DNA from: Acidimicrobiia bacterium
Lineage (GTDB): Bacteria; Actinomycetota; Acidimicrobiia; Spongiisociales; Spongiisociaceae
Direction of reading: 5' to 3'
Assembly: GCA_041576165.1 (NCBI GenBank)
Contig: JBFGLM010000008.1
Coordinates: 32,001-96,000, forward strand
Length of the DNA stretch: 64,000 bases
A program made the position numbers and the translations under genes. Of this stretch, positions 33,207 through 42,445 are shown piece after piece (position 1 is the first letter of the stretch; every line of letters begins with the position of its first letter). The notes beneath the pieces were generated by a model. It worked only from the letters and a program-made list of their open reading frames with translations. It did no database searches and was not told where the DNA came from.

Positions 33207-34552
33207 GCGACCAGGGCGACCTCTTCGCTGCCGAACGGGACGGCCGCAGGCACGCGGCCGCACCCCTGCCCGCCCGCCTGCGACCCCGTACGCTGGATGA
33301 GGTAGTTGGGCAGCCGGACTTGCTCAAACCCGGTGCTGCCTTCCGCACCATGCTCGAAACGGGCCGGCCCGTATCCATGATCTTGTGGGGGCCACCGGGA
33401 ACAGGCAAGACGACACTGGCCCGTCTGGTCGCTGATGAGACCAAGGCCAAGTTCGTTCAGCTGTCGGCGACATCGGCCGGCGTCAAGGACGTCCGGGAGG
33501 TGCTGGCGCTGGCTCGCACCCGCGTGGAGCAGGAGGCCGGGCGCACCGTGCTGTTCCTGGACGAAATCCATCGTTTCAACAAGGCGCAGCAGGATGCCCT
33601 GCTACCAGGGGTGGAAGACGGCACGGTGATTCTCATCGGAGCAACCACCGAGAATCCATTTTTCGAGGTGAACTCGCCCCTGATCTCCCGCAGCACCTTG
33701 TTCCGGCTCGTCCCCCTCGGACCCGACGACGTCGCCGAGTTGATTGACCGTGCGATCGGAGATGCCGGACGGGGGCTAGGGGTCCTGCGATTGTCAATTG
33801 CCCCGGAAGCCCGGGCGGCGCTGGCCGACCGGGCGGGCGGCGACGCCCGTCTGGCGCTGAACACCCTGGAACTGGCGGCGGTAGTGGCCGCCGGCCGCTC
33901 CCGGACCCACATCACGGTCGACGAAATCGAGGAAGCGCTGCAACGCCGCATCGTGCGCTATGACAAGAAGGGCGACCAGCATTACGACGTGATCTCGGCG
34001 TTCATCAAATCGATGCGGGGATCGGATCCGGACGCCACGATGTACTGGCTGTCGACCATGCTGGCGGCGGGGGAGGATCCGGAGTTCATTGCTCGCCGCA
34101 TGGTCATTTTCGCGTCCGAGGACGTGGGGCTGGCCGACCCCCAGGCCCTGACCGTTGCAGTGGCTGCCGCCCATGCGCTGCAATTCGTGGGCCTGCCCGA
34201 AGCCGAATTCAATCTCTCCCAGGCTGCCGTGTACCTGGCAACAGCGCCCAAGTCGGACTCGATCAAGCGGGCCATGGGTGCGTCGCATGCGGCAGTGGAA
34301 GAGACGCCGAGCGCACAGGTGCCGGTACATCTTAGATCGAGCGGTACCCGGCGGATGCTCGAACCGGACCGGGGTGAGGGCTACCGGTACCCGCACGACT
34401 TTCCCGATCACGTGGTCGCCCAGCAATATCTGCCCGACGACGCCGGCAGTCGGATTCTGTTCAGGCCGACCAACCAGGGCCGCGAGATCGAGATTGCCCA
34501 ACGTCTGGCTGCATGGGACGAAGCCTTGGGACGCCCACCTCGGGCCGAGTAA
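33203..34552 (+). CDS. rarA: Replication-associated recombination protein A (probable CTG start)
   Basis: PLPARLRPRTLDEVVGQ lies upstream of the track's TTG 33320; GPPGTGKTT, DEIHRFNKAQQD, SAFIKSMRGSD, YRYPHD. Confidence 0.93.
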   Translation: MSDQGDLFAAERDGRRHAAAPLPARLRPRTLDEVVGQPDLLKPGAAFRTMLETGRPVSMILWGPPGTGKTTLARLVADETKAKFVQLSATSAGVKDVREVLALARTRVEQEAGRTVLFLDEIHRFNKAQQDALLPGVEDGTVILIGATTENPFFEVNSPLISRSTLFRLVPLGPDDVAELIDRAIGDAGRGLGVLRLSIAPEARAALADRAGGDARLALNTLELAAVVAAGRSRTHITVDEIEEALQRRIVRYDKKGDQHYDVISAFIKSMRGSDPDATMYWLSTMLAAGEDPEFIARRMVIFASEDVGLADPQALTVAVAAAHALQFVGLPEAEFNLSQAAVYLATAPKSDSIKRAMGASHAAVEETPSAQVPVHLRSSGTRRMLEPDRGEGYRYPHDFPDHVVAQQYLPDDAGSRILFRPTNQGREIEIAQRLAAWDEALGRPPRAE

Positions 34553-34562
34553 TCTCGCCCTC

Positions 34563-34742
34563 ATGCGTATCCGATGGTTCTCGCTGGGCTTCACCGCCGG
34601 TATCGGCAGTGTCCTCTACGCCGCGTTGCGACTCCGCCGGCTGCGAGAGACGCTGACACCGCGGCGGATGGCCGGGGCCGCGGCCCATCGGGTGGCCGAT
34701 GCGCTCGACGCCGGCTCGCGTCGTCTGTCCGGCGATACCTGA
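34563..34742 (+). CDS. Small hypothetical membrane protein upstream of alaS
   Basis: 59 aa MRIRWFSLGFTAGIGSVLYA...; a small hydrophobic ORF commonly precedes actinobacterial alaS; TAATCT 7 nt upstream. Confidence 0.6.
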   Translation: MRIRWFSLGFTAGIGSVLYAALRLRRLRETLTPRRMAGAAAHRVADALDAGSRRLSGDT

Positions 34743-34803
34743 GCGGGCACGCACCGAAACTCGGGCGGGCGGCCACCGGGGGGTGGCTAACCTGTCAGCT
34801 CCG

Positions 34804-37425
34804 ATGGACAGCAACGAGATTCGCGCGACCTTCTTGAAGTTCTTCGCCGATCTGGATCACCAGGTCGTGCCCAGCGCGTCGCTGATCCCAATTGATCCCA
34901 CGTTGCTGCTCACCAACGCCGGCATGGTTCCGTTCAAGCCCTACATGCTGGGCGAGGAGACGCCCCCGTACCGGCGGGCAGTCAGCATTCAAAAATGCGC
35001 TCGGACGATCGACATCGACATCGTGGGTACCACCCAGCGGCACCTCACCTTCTTCGAGATGCTGGGCAACTTCAGTTTCGGCGACTACTTCAAGGAAAAG
35101 GCCATCCCTTGGGCGTACGAGCTGGTCACCGACGGCTTCGGCCTCGACCCTGATCGGTTGTGGTATTCGGTCCACAACGATGACGACGAGGCGGCCACGA
35201 TCTGGATAGACGATGTAGGTGTTGCCGAGGATCGAGTCCAGCGATTCGACACGGACAACTTCTGGCAGATGGGAGTGCCCGGACCAGCCGGCCCGTCGTC
35301 GGAGATCTTCTTTGACAAGGGCCCCGAATATGGCCAGGACGGCGGTCCGGCCGTGGACGACGAACGGTTCGTCGAGATCTGGAATCTGGTGTTCATGCAG
35401 TACGTCCAGGACGAGCCATACAACGTCGTGGGCGACCTGCCGGCGAAGAACATCGACACGGGGGCCGGCCTCGAACGGCTGTCGACTGTCTTGCAGGGCG
35501 TTGACAGCGTGTTCGACACCGACCTGATCAGGCCTGTGATGGCGGCGGCCGAGGCGTCCTGTGGCATCTCCTACAGCGACGCCGAACGGTCCGACGTCTC
35601 GTTGCGGATCATGGCCGACCACGGACGGGCCGTCACGTTCCTGATCGCCGACGGTGTGGTGCCGTCCAACGAGGGTCGCGGTTATGTACTGCGTCGGCTG
35701 TTGCGCAGGTCCGTTCGCCACGCCTTCTTATACGGAACGAGTGAGCTCATCATGCCCGAGCTGATTCGCGCCACCGTGGACATCATGGGGGAAGCCTATC
35801 CGGATCTCGAGACACGCCGTGATTTCATCACCCAGCTGGCGGAGCGGGAAGAGCTGCTGTTCCGGCGCACCCTGGCGTCCGGCAGCCGTCTCCTGGACCA
35901 GGCGCTCGAAGAGCTCGATCACGGAGCAGCATTGTCCGGTCCCACGGCATTCAAGCTACATGACACCTACGGATTCCCAATCGACGTCACCGCGGAGATC
36001 CTGCAGGAACGGGGGATCGGTCTCGACAGGTCAGGGTTTGACGACCTGATGGCGGAGCAACGCAGCCGGGCGCGGGCGGCGTTCAAAGGAAGCGATGAGG
36101 CCGCCCGCCAGGACCTGTATGTGGCGCTGCTCGGCGGAATCGGGCCCACGGAGTTTCTCGGCTATCGGGAATCGGCGGGCACGGGACTCGTCCTCTCGTT
36201 GATCCAGGAGGGTGAAGCCGTCGAACGCGCAGAGGAAGGCCAGGAGGTCGAGGTCTTCCTGGATCGGACTCCCTTCTACGCCGAGTCGGGAGGTCAGGTC
36301 GGGGACAGCGGCAGGATCGAGACCGAGACTGGAACAGTTGCGGTGCGCGACACGCAGCACGCGCTGACTGGTGTCCACGGGCACCGTGGCCAGGTCATTG
36401 CGGGTTACATTCAGGTCGGTCAGGACGCGTCCGCGGCGATCGATCCAATGCGCCGCGAACGGATACGCAAGAATCACACCGGAACGCACATGCTCCACTG
36501 GGCGCTACGAACCGTCGTCGGCGATCATGTGCATCAGGCCGGTTCGCTGGTCGAGCCGGAACGTCTCCGCTTCGACTTTTCCCATTTCGAGGGTCTGTCA
36601 CAACAACAGATCTCCGATTTGGAGCAAGTCATCAACGAGCGCATCGTTGAGAACGATCAGATAACCACGCTGGAGACGACGAAAGAACAAGCCGAGAAGA
36701 TGGGTGCGCTGGCGTTTTTCGGTGACAAGTACGGGTCAGAGGTCCGGGTGGTGAGAGTGGGGGATTACTCCACGGAGTTGTGCGGCGGCACCCATGTCCG
36801 CACCACCGGACAGGTCGGCCCGCTCGTGGTCACGACCGAGGGGTCGGTGGCGGCCAACACCCGCCGGGTGGAAGCGCTCACCGGTAACGCCGGGTTCGCC
36901 TATCTGGCCAAAGCGCGCCGCATGGTCGATGACACCGCGCGATATCTCCAGGTCCGTCCCGAGGAAGTGCCCGATCGTATCCGGGCGCTGGCCGAGCGAG
37001 CGGACGACTTGCAGGCCCAACTTGATGCCCACGCCAAACGCTCCCAGGCCGAAACCGCCGGGCAGCTGGCCGCCGGAGCGGTACAGGTGGCCGGCGTACC
37101 CGCGGTGGTGGCACTCCGCAAGGGCGCTGACGCCGTACAACTGCGGGCACTGGCACTCCAGGTTCGCGATCGGCTTGATGATGGAGTGGTGGTGTTGGGC
37201 TCCGACCAGGATGGCAAAGGCGCGCTGGTCGGGGCGGCCGCGAGAGCTCTGGTGAATCGCGGATTCTCGGTGGCAGATGCAGTTCTGGCCGGGGCCCAGA
37301 TCCTCGGTGGCGGCGGCAGTCGCGACCCCGAGCTCAGTCAAGCAGGAGGCCCGAACGGGCCGGCCATCGAAGAAGCGCTAGACGCAGCCCGCAAGTCGCT
37401 GGAGAAGGAGCTGGCAGCGTTATGA
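34804..37425 (+). CDS. alaS: Alanine--tRNA ligase
   Basis: NAGMVPFK, FFEMLGNFSFGDYFK, IDTGAGLER, TPFYAESGGQ, NHTGTH, ELCGGTH. Confidence 0.98.
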   Translation: MDSNEIRATFLKFFADLDHQVVPSASLIPIDPTLLLTNAGMVPFKPYMLGEETPPYRRAVSIQKCARTIDIDIVGTTQRHLTFFEMLGNFSFGDYFKEKAIPWAYELVTDGFGLDPDRLWYSVHNDDDEAATIWIDDVGVAEDRVQRFDTDNFWQMGVPGPAGPSSEIFFDKGPEYGQDGGPAVDDERFVEIWNLVFMQYVQDEPYNVVGDLPAKNIDTGAGLERLSTVLQGVDSVFDTDLIRPVMAAAEASCGISYSDAERSDVSLRIMADHGRAVTFLIADGVVPSNEGRGYVLRRLLRRSVRHAFLYGTSELIMPELIRATVDIMGEAYPDLETRRDFITQLAEREELLFRRTLASGSRLLDQALEELDHGAALSGPTAFKLHDTYGFPIDVTAEILQERGIGLDRSGFDDLMAEQRSRARAAFKGSDEAARQDLYVALLGGIGPTEFLGYRESAGTGLVLSLIQEGEAVERAEEGQEVEVFLDRTPFYAESGGQVGDSGRIETETGTVAVRDTQHALTGVHGHRGQVIAGYIQVGQDASAAIDPMRRERIRKNHTGTHMLHWALRTVVGDHVHQAGSLVEPERLRFDFSHFEGLSQQQISDLEQVINERIVENDQITTLETTKEQAEKMGALAFFGDKYGSEVRVVRVGDYSTELCGGTHVRTTGQVGPLVVTTEGSVAANTRRVEALTGNAGFAYLAKARRMVDDTARYLQVRPEEVPDRIRALAERADDLQAQLDAHAKRSQAETAGQLAAGAVQVAGVPAVVALRKGADAVQLRALALQVRDRLDDGVVVLGSDQDGKGALVGAAARALVNRGFSVADAVLAGAQILGGGGSRDPELSQAGGPNGPAIEEALDAARKSLEKELAAL

Positions 37426-37877
37426 GTACCGGCAGGGTGATGGGTGTCGACTACGGCACCAAACGCATCGGTGTGGCGCTGTCGGACGGTCTGCGCGTCG
37501 CGGCTCACCCCTACGCGGTGATTGAAGCGCGCGGGGCAGTTGCACGTCTGGTGGAGATCATCGAGGCCGAGGACGTGGCGCATGTGGTGGTCGGTTTGCC
37601 CACCGGTTTGGGCGGGAATGAGGGTGCCTCCGCGACGGGCGCACGCGCGTTGGCGGACGAGCTCCGTAAACTCATAGGTGTTCCGGTTTCAATGGCGGAT
37701 GAGCGATTCACATCAAAGATCGCCGAGCGCGCACTGCTGGAGGGCGACGTGAGCCGAGGCGACCGTAAGGAGCGCATCGACAAGGTGGCAGCGGCCGTGA
37801 TGCTGCAGGCAGTGCTGGATCGGCCGGGCGGAGTGGAGTCACTGGATGACCGACACCCAAATACCTCCCTCAACTGA
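37422..37877 (+). CDS. ruvX: RuvX/YqgF pre-16S rRNA nuclease
   Basis: GVDYGTKRIGVALSD, VVGLP, DERFTS, IDKVAA. Confidence 0.95.
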   Translation: MSTGRVMGVDYGTKRIGVALSDGLRVAAHPYAVIEARGAVARLVEIIEAEDVAHVVVGLPTGLGGNEGASATGARALADELRKLIGVPVSMADERFTSKIAERALLEGDVSRGDRKERIDKVAAAVMLQAVLDRPGGVESLDDRHPNTSLN

Positions 37878-38973
37878 CGACGACACACCCGCCGTCGAGC
37901 CGCGCCGGCGCAGCCTGCTCGGGATTGTCGTCGGACTCGCGCTGGCGGCCGGTGTGGTGGTCGGGGTCATGCAGTTCGGGCAACTCGCGGCTGATTTCCT
38001 GGCCGATCTCACCGGTGCGCCGGACGACATCACCGCCCCCGCAGTTCAGCCCGGCCAGCCGGTCACCGTGAACATCCCAGACGGCGTGAGTGCGCGAGCG
38101 ATCGCCGAGATCCTCACCCAAGAAGCGGTCGTGTCGTCGACCCTGGAGTTCGAAGTGGCGGTCCGCACCCGGAATGCCGGCAACGCGCTGCAAGCCGGAG
38201 ACTACGAGTTCGAAACCGGGATGGCTGCCGCTGAGGTCATCGACATCCTGATTGCAGGGCCGAACATCGAGACATTCCGACTGACCCTCCGAGAAGGACT
38301 GCGCATCCGCGAGGTCCTGGACGAATTGGCGGCGCAGACCCCGTACACAGCGACCCAGCTCGAATCCGCCCTGCTGTCGGGCGAAGTGGTCTCCGCCTTC
38401 GTGCCTGCCAACGCCCGGACGGTGCAGGAGTGGGAGGGTGCCCTGTTCCCCGACACCTATGAGTTCTTTGCGGACGCAACCGAGGTCGAGGTCCTGCAGC
38501 GCCTCGTCGACGAGCTCGAACAGAACATCGGTTCCATCGACTGGAGCTTCGTGCGGCGGCGGGGACTGTCACTGTACGAGGGACTGATCATGGCGTCGAT
38601 GGTCGAGGCGGAGACCAGGATCGATCTCGACCGCCCGCAGGTAGCGAGCGTGCTGTTCAACCGGATGGAGATCGGCATGGCACTGCAGATCGACGCCACG
38701 GTGCTCTATGCGCTCGACGTGCGAGGCGTGGGACTCACATTGGGTGATCTCGAGGTCGACTCGCCGTACAACACCTACAAGTACGCGGGACTCCCACCCA
38801 CTCCGATCGGCACGGTGGGGATGGCGTCGCTGGAAGCCGTGGCCGAGCCGGCGGACACCGAGTTCCTGTACTACGTGCTCACGTCAACCGACGGAACGCA
38901 CAGTTTCACGGCGGACTACGACGAGTTCCTTGATCTCAAAGACCAAGCCAAGGAAGACGGCGTCATTCCGTGA
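37846..38973 (+). CDS. mltG: Endolytic transglycosylase
   Basis: N-terminal TM helix, EGALFPDTY, ASMVEAE, LQIDAT, SPYNTY..GLPPTPI. Confidence 0.95.
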   Translation: MTDTQIPPSTDDDTPAVEPRRRSLLGIVVGLALAAGVVVGVMQFGQLAADFLADLTGAPDDITAPAVQPGQPVTVNIPDGVSARAIAEILTQEAVVSSTLEFEVAVRTRNAGNALQAGDYEFETGMAAAEVIDILIAGPNIETFRLTLREGLRIREVLDELAAQTPYTATQLESALLSGEVVSAFVPANARTVQEWEGALFPDTYEFFADATEVEVLQRLVDELEQNIGSIDWSFVRRRGLSLYEGLIMASMVEAETRIDLDRPQVASVLFNRMEIGMALQIDATVLYALDVRGVGLTLGDLEVDSPYNTYKYAGLPPTPIGTVGMASLEAVAEPADTEFLYYVLTSTDGTHSFTADYDEFLDLKDQAKEDGVIP

Positions 38974-39755
38974 CGCGTCCGGCACTGGAGTTCCTGGTCG
39001 TCGGGGACCCGATCGAACATTCGCTGTCACCGCGCATCCAGCAGGCCGCGCTGGACTGGAATGGCATCGCCGGCAGGTACGGCAAGCTGCGGGTAGATGA
39101 ACCCGGCCTGAACGAGGTCGTTTCGAGGTTGCGAGCCGGCCGGCTCCATGGCACCAACGTAACGATGCCCCACAAACTGGCAGCAGCCCGCCTGGCCGAC
39201 GCGCTGACTCCTGCTGCCGCCCGGACGGGGGCAGTGAACACGCTCGTGCCGGTCGATGGTCGGGTACTGGGCGACAGCACGGACATCGAGGGCGTGGCCT
39301 GGGCCTGGAAAAGGGCAGGATTCGGCGAGAGAGCCCCAGCCCACATACTGGGGGCAGGAGGAGCGGCGGCCGCGGCGCTGGTGGCGCTCGAAGGTCGGGC
39401 CCTCTCCATCAGTGCGCGGCGCCGAGAACAGGCGCAAGAGCTGGTCGAACGCGTGGGGGCAGACGCCCAGGTCGTGCCGTGGGGAGAGCCAGCGGCCGCA
39501 GTGGTGGTCAATGCCACCCCGATCGGGCTCACCAACGATGATGCGCTGCCCCCCGTGGTTCTCGCAGCTGCGACCGGTCTATTCGACATGGTCTACGGGC
39601 ATGAAACCCAGGCCGTGCGACGCAGCAGGGCTCGCGGGATCACTGTATGTGATGGACGTTTGATGCTGGTCGGACAGGCCGCCGCCTCGTTCTCGTTGTG
39701 GACCGGGGCAGCGGCCCCCCACCGGGTGATGCTCGCGGCCCTGGAAAGCGCCTGA
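38970..39755 (+). CDS. aroE: Shikimate dehydrogenase
   Basis: HSLSP, NVTMPHK, AVNT, GAGGAA, NATPIG, MLVGQA. Confidence 0.93.
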   Translation: MTRPALEFLVVGDPIEHSLSPRIQQAALDWNGIAGRYGKLRVDEPGLNEVVSRLRAGRLHGTNVTMPHKLAAARLADALTPAAARTGAVNTLVPVDGRVLGDSTDIEGVAWAWKRAGFGERAPAHILGAGGAAAAALVALEGRALSISARRREQAQELVERVGADAQVVPWGEPAAAVVVNATPIGLTNDDALPPVVLAAATGLFDMVYGHETQAVRRSRARGITVCDGRLMLVGQAAASFSLWTGAAAPHRVMLAALESA

Positions 39756-39914
39756 GCGCCCCAACTTCCGCTGGGCGGTGGCATGGAGCCTGCTCCACGA
39801 CGATGCACCGATCGCCAAACCGCACACCGCGCTGACTGACCGCGCAGAGTGGCAAACATCTCAAGCGAGCCCGATGCGGCGCCGAAAACTGGGACAGCAT
39901 CAGCTGGAGGCGCC

Positions 39915-40736
39915 GTGTCGTTGACAGGCAACCTTGAATCGTTTCCGCTCGCAGAGGTCCTGCGGCTTGCAGCGCGCACGAAACAGTCGGGCTTGCTGCG
40001 GGTGGAGGCCGGCGGGACACATGGACGTCTCTTCTTCCTCGAAGGGGCACTCACGTTTGGCTCCACTCGTGAGGAAGACGATCTTGGTGGGGAACTGACC
40101 AAGGCTGGATTGATAGATCCACACAAGTGGTATCCGGTCGAACGAGGTGAGCAGCCGGTAGAGAGTGCGCTCACGGACGGCACCAACCCCGGTGACCTGC
40201 GGCGCCACATTGCCGATCGTCTCACTGATGCCCTGATCCGCCTGATGCGCCCCAGGCATGGGACCTTCGACTTCGTCGATGACTCAACTCCGCGTTATCA
40301 CACCACCCAGGTCATCGACGTGGACGAATGTCTCGGAGCAGCCGAGAGCCGGGTTGCGGAATGGGCGGCCATCGAGGCCGTGATCCCCACCGCCTGGCGC
40401 CGGCTGACGTTGAGCCCGGTGCCGCCGGCCGAGTCGGTGACGCTCAATGCGGATACATGGCGCATCCTTGCCGCCCTCCGGGGCAAGGGGTCCATCGAAG
40501 AGGTCGCCGAACGAATGGGACTCAGCGACTTCCAGGCGGCGCGAGCGATGGCCGAGATGACCCGGGCCGGGTTGCTCGTCCTGGTCGACGATGACGAACA
40601 CGCCTCCGAGGCGCTCCCGGAGCGGTTCGGCGACTCAGATCACACCAGCCTCCGGCAGTTCGAGATTCTCGGGGGACCCGAACCGACCGTCGAGTTACTA
40701 ACCGGCCCAGGTCGCAACGGCCTCGACACCCAATGA
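39915..40736 (+). CDS. DUF4388 (PATAN-like) domain protein
   Basis: LTGNLESFPLAEVLRL...SGLLRV...GRLFF.EG...GTFDF pattern; C-terminal helix-turn-helix-like segment; alternative start at 39849. Confidence 0.75.
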   Translation: MSLTGNLESFPLAEVLRLAARTKQSGLLRVEAGGTHGRLFFLEGALTFGSTREEDDLGGELTKAGLIDPHKWYPVERGEQPVESALTDGTNPGDLRRHIADRLTDALIRLMRPRHGTFDFVDDSTPRYHTTQVIDVDECLGAAESRVAEWAAIEAVIPTAWRRLTLSPVPPAESVTLNADTWRILAALRGKGSIEEVAERMGLSDFQAARAMAEMTRAGLLVLVDDDEHASEALPERFGDSDHTSLRQFEILGGPEPTVELLTGPGRNGLDTQ

Positions 40737-40749
40737 AAGAGCGGGTGCA

Positions 40750-42426
40750 ATGAATGGAGGAGGCCACCTCGGCACGGTTCTGCTCGACGAGGGACTGATA
40801 ACTCAAGACGCCCTGGACAGAGCGGTGGAACTGGGTCAGGAGCGAAACCAGCCCCTCGGACGGGTCCTGGTCGACGAAAAGATGGTGTCGGAACCGGCGT
40901 TGGTCAAAGCGCTGGCCCGCCACATCGGTATCGAATTCGTTGACTTGGCCACGGTCACGATCGATCCCGCCGCCGCTTCGCTGGTCCCGGATCAACTGGC
41001 CCGTCGCTACGCCGCCCTACCCATTGGGTTCGAGGACGACAAGCTCGTGATCGCAATGGCCGATCCGGGCAATGTGCTGGCGCTCGACGATATCCGGGCG
41101 ATATCCGGGCGCGAGATCATCACCAAAGTGGCCACCCGAACGGATGTCGAGAATGCTGTCAGCCGGCTGGCCGGCCTGGACGACTCGGTCACCGATCTAG
41201 CGGAACTCGCCGCCGATGGCGTTGAGCGAGAAGATCTCGACGCGATAGAAGCCGCTGCCGAGGAAGCGCCGGTAATCAAGCTGGTGAACACGTTGATCAC
41301 CCGCGCGGCAGCCGACCGTGCATCGGACATCCACATCGAGCCGACCGATCGGGACCTGCGCATCCGCTACCGGATCGACGGTGTCCTGCACGAGCTGATG
41401 CGCACGCCCCGTTCCATCGCTCGGGCGGTGGTCAGCCGACTGAAGATCATGTCAGACATCGACATTGCCGAGCGGCGCCGCCCCCAGGACGGCCGGATCA
41501 GCCTACGAGTCTCGGGTCGACAGATCGATCTGCGCGTTTCCACGCTCCCGACCATCTACGGCGAGAAGGTGGTGATGCGGATCCTCGACAACTCGACCGC
41601 AACGCTCCAGCTCACGGACCTCGGCTTCTTGCCCGAAACGCTGGAACGCTTTGCCGGGTCGTACACAAAACCCTACGGAACGATTCTCGTCACAGGCCCG
41701 ACCGGTTCGGGCAAATCGACCACGCTCTATGCCACGCTCAACGTGATCAACCGTCCCGAGGTCAACATCGTGACGGTGGAGGATCCGGTCGAGTACCGAC
41801 TGAGTGGGATCAACCAGGTCCAGGTGAACAAGAAAGCCGGACTGGACTTCGCTTCCGCCTTGCGGTCGTTCCTGCGGCAGGACCCCGATGTAATGCTCGT
41901 GGGTGAGATCCGGGACCTCGAAACCGCCCAGATCGCCATCGAGTCGGCTCTGACGGGTCACCTCGTTCTGTCGACACTCCACACCAACGATGCGCCGTCC
42001 AGCATCAGCCGCCTCACCGAAATGGGAGTCGAGCCCTTCTTGGTGGGTTCGGCCGTCGACGCGATTCTCGCCCAGCGGCTGGCCCGGCGGTTGTGTTCCT
42101 CGTGCAGGGCGCCGTACGAACCCACCCTGGAGGCTCTGCGCACGGCCGGATGGGACCTCGAGAGCATGGGTAACGAAATGCCCACTCTCTACAAAGCAGA
42201 AGGCTGCTCCGCATGTTCCGGTACCGGCTACAAGGGCCGACTTGCCCTCCACGAACTGATGATCGTGAGCGAGGAAATCGAGCGGCTGACGGTAGAGCAC
42301 GCCTCAACTGATGAAATCAAGAAGATCGCCGAATCGCAGGGCATGCGGCCTCTGCGGCTCGACGGTCTCGCCAAGGTGGCGCAGGGATTGACCACGATCG
42401 AAGAGATCTTCCGGGTTGTGGTTTGA
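40750..42426 (+). CDS. pilB: Type IV pilus assembly ATPase
   Basis: N-terminal MshEN-like domain, ASDIHIEP, PQDGR, GPTGSGKSTT, EDPVEY, LRQDPD, CxxC...CxxC zinc motif. Confidence 0.95.
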   Translation: MNGGGHLGTVLLDEGLITQDALDRAVELGQERNQPLGRVLVDEKMVSEPALVKALARHIGIEFVDLATVTIDPAAASLVPDQLARRYAALPIGFEDDKLVIAMADPGNVLALDDIRAISGREIITKVATRTDVENAVSRLAGLDDSVTDLAELAADGVEREDLDAIEAAAEEAPVIKLVNTLITRAAADRASDIHIEPTDRDLRIRYRIDGVLHELMRTPRSIARAVVSRLKIMSDIDIAERRRPQDGRISLRVSGRQIDLRVSTLPTIYGEKVVMRILDNSTATLQLTDLGFLPETLERFAGSYTKPYGTILVTGPTGSGKSTTLYATLNVINRPEVNIVTVEDPVEYRLSGINQVQVNKKAGLDFASALRSFLRQDPDVMLVGEIRDLETAQIAIESALTGHLVLSTLHTNDAPSSISRLTEMGVEPFLVGSAVDAILAQRLARRLCSSCRAPYEPTLEALRTAGWDLESMGNEMPTLYKAEGCSACSGTGYKGRLALHELMIVSEEIERLTVEHASTDEIKKIAESQGMRPLRLDGLAKVAQGLTTIEEIFRVVV

Positions 42427-42445
42427 CGGCGACAAGGAATATGAC

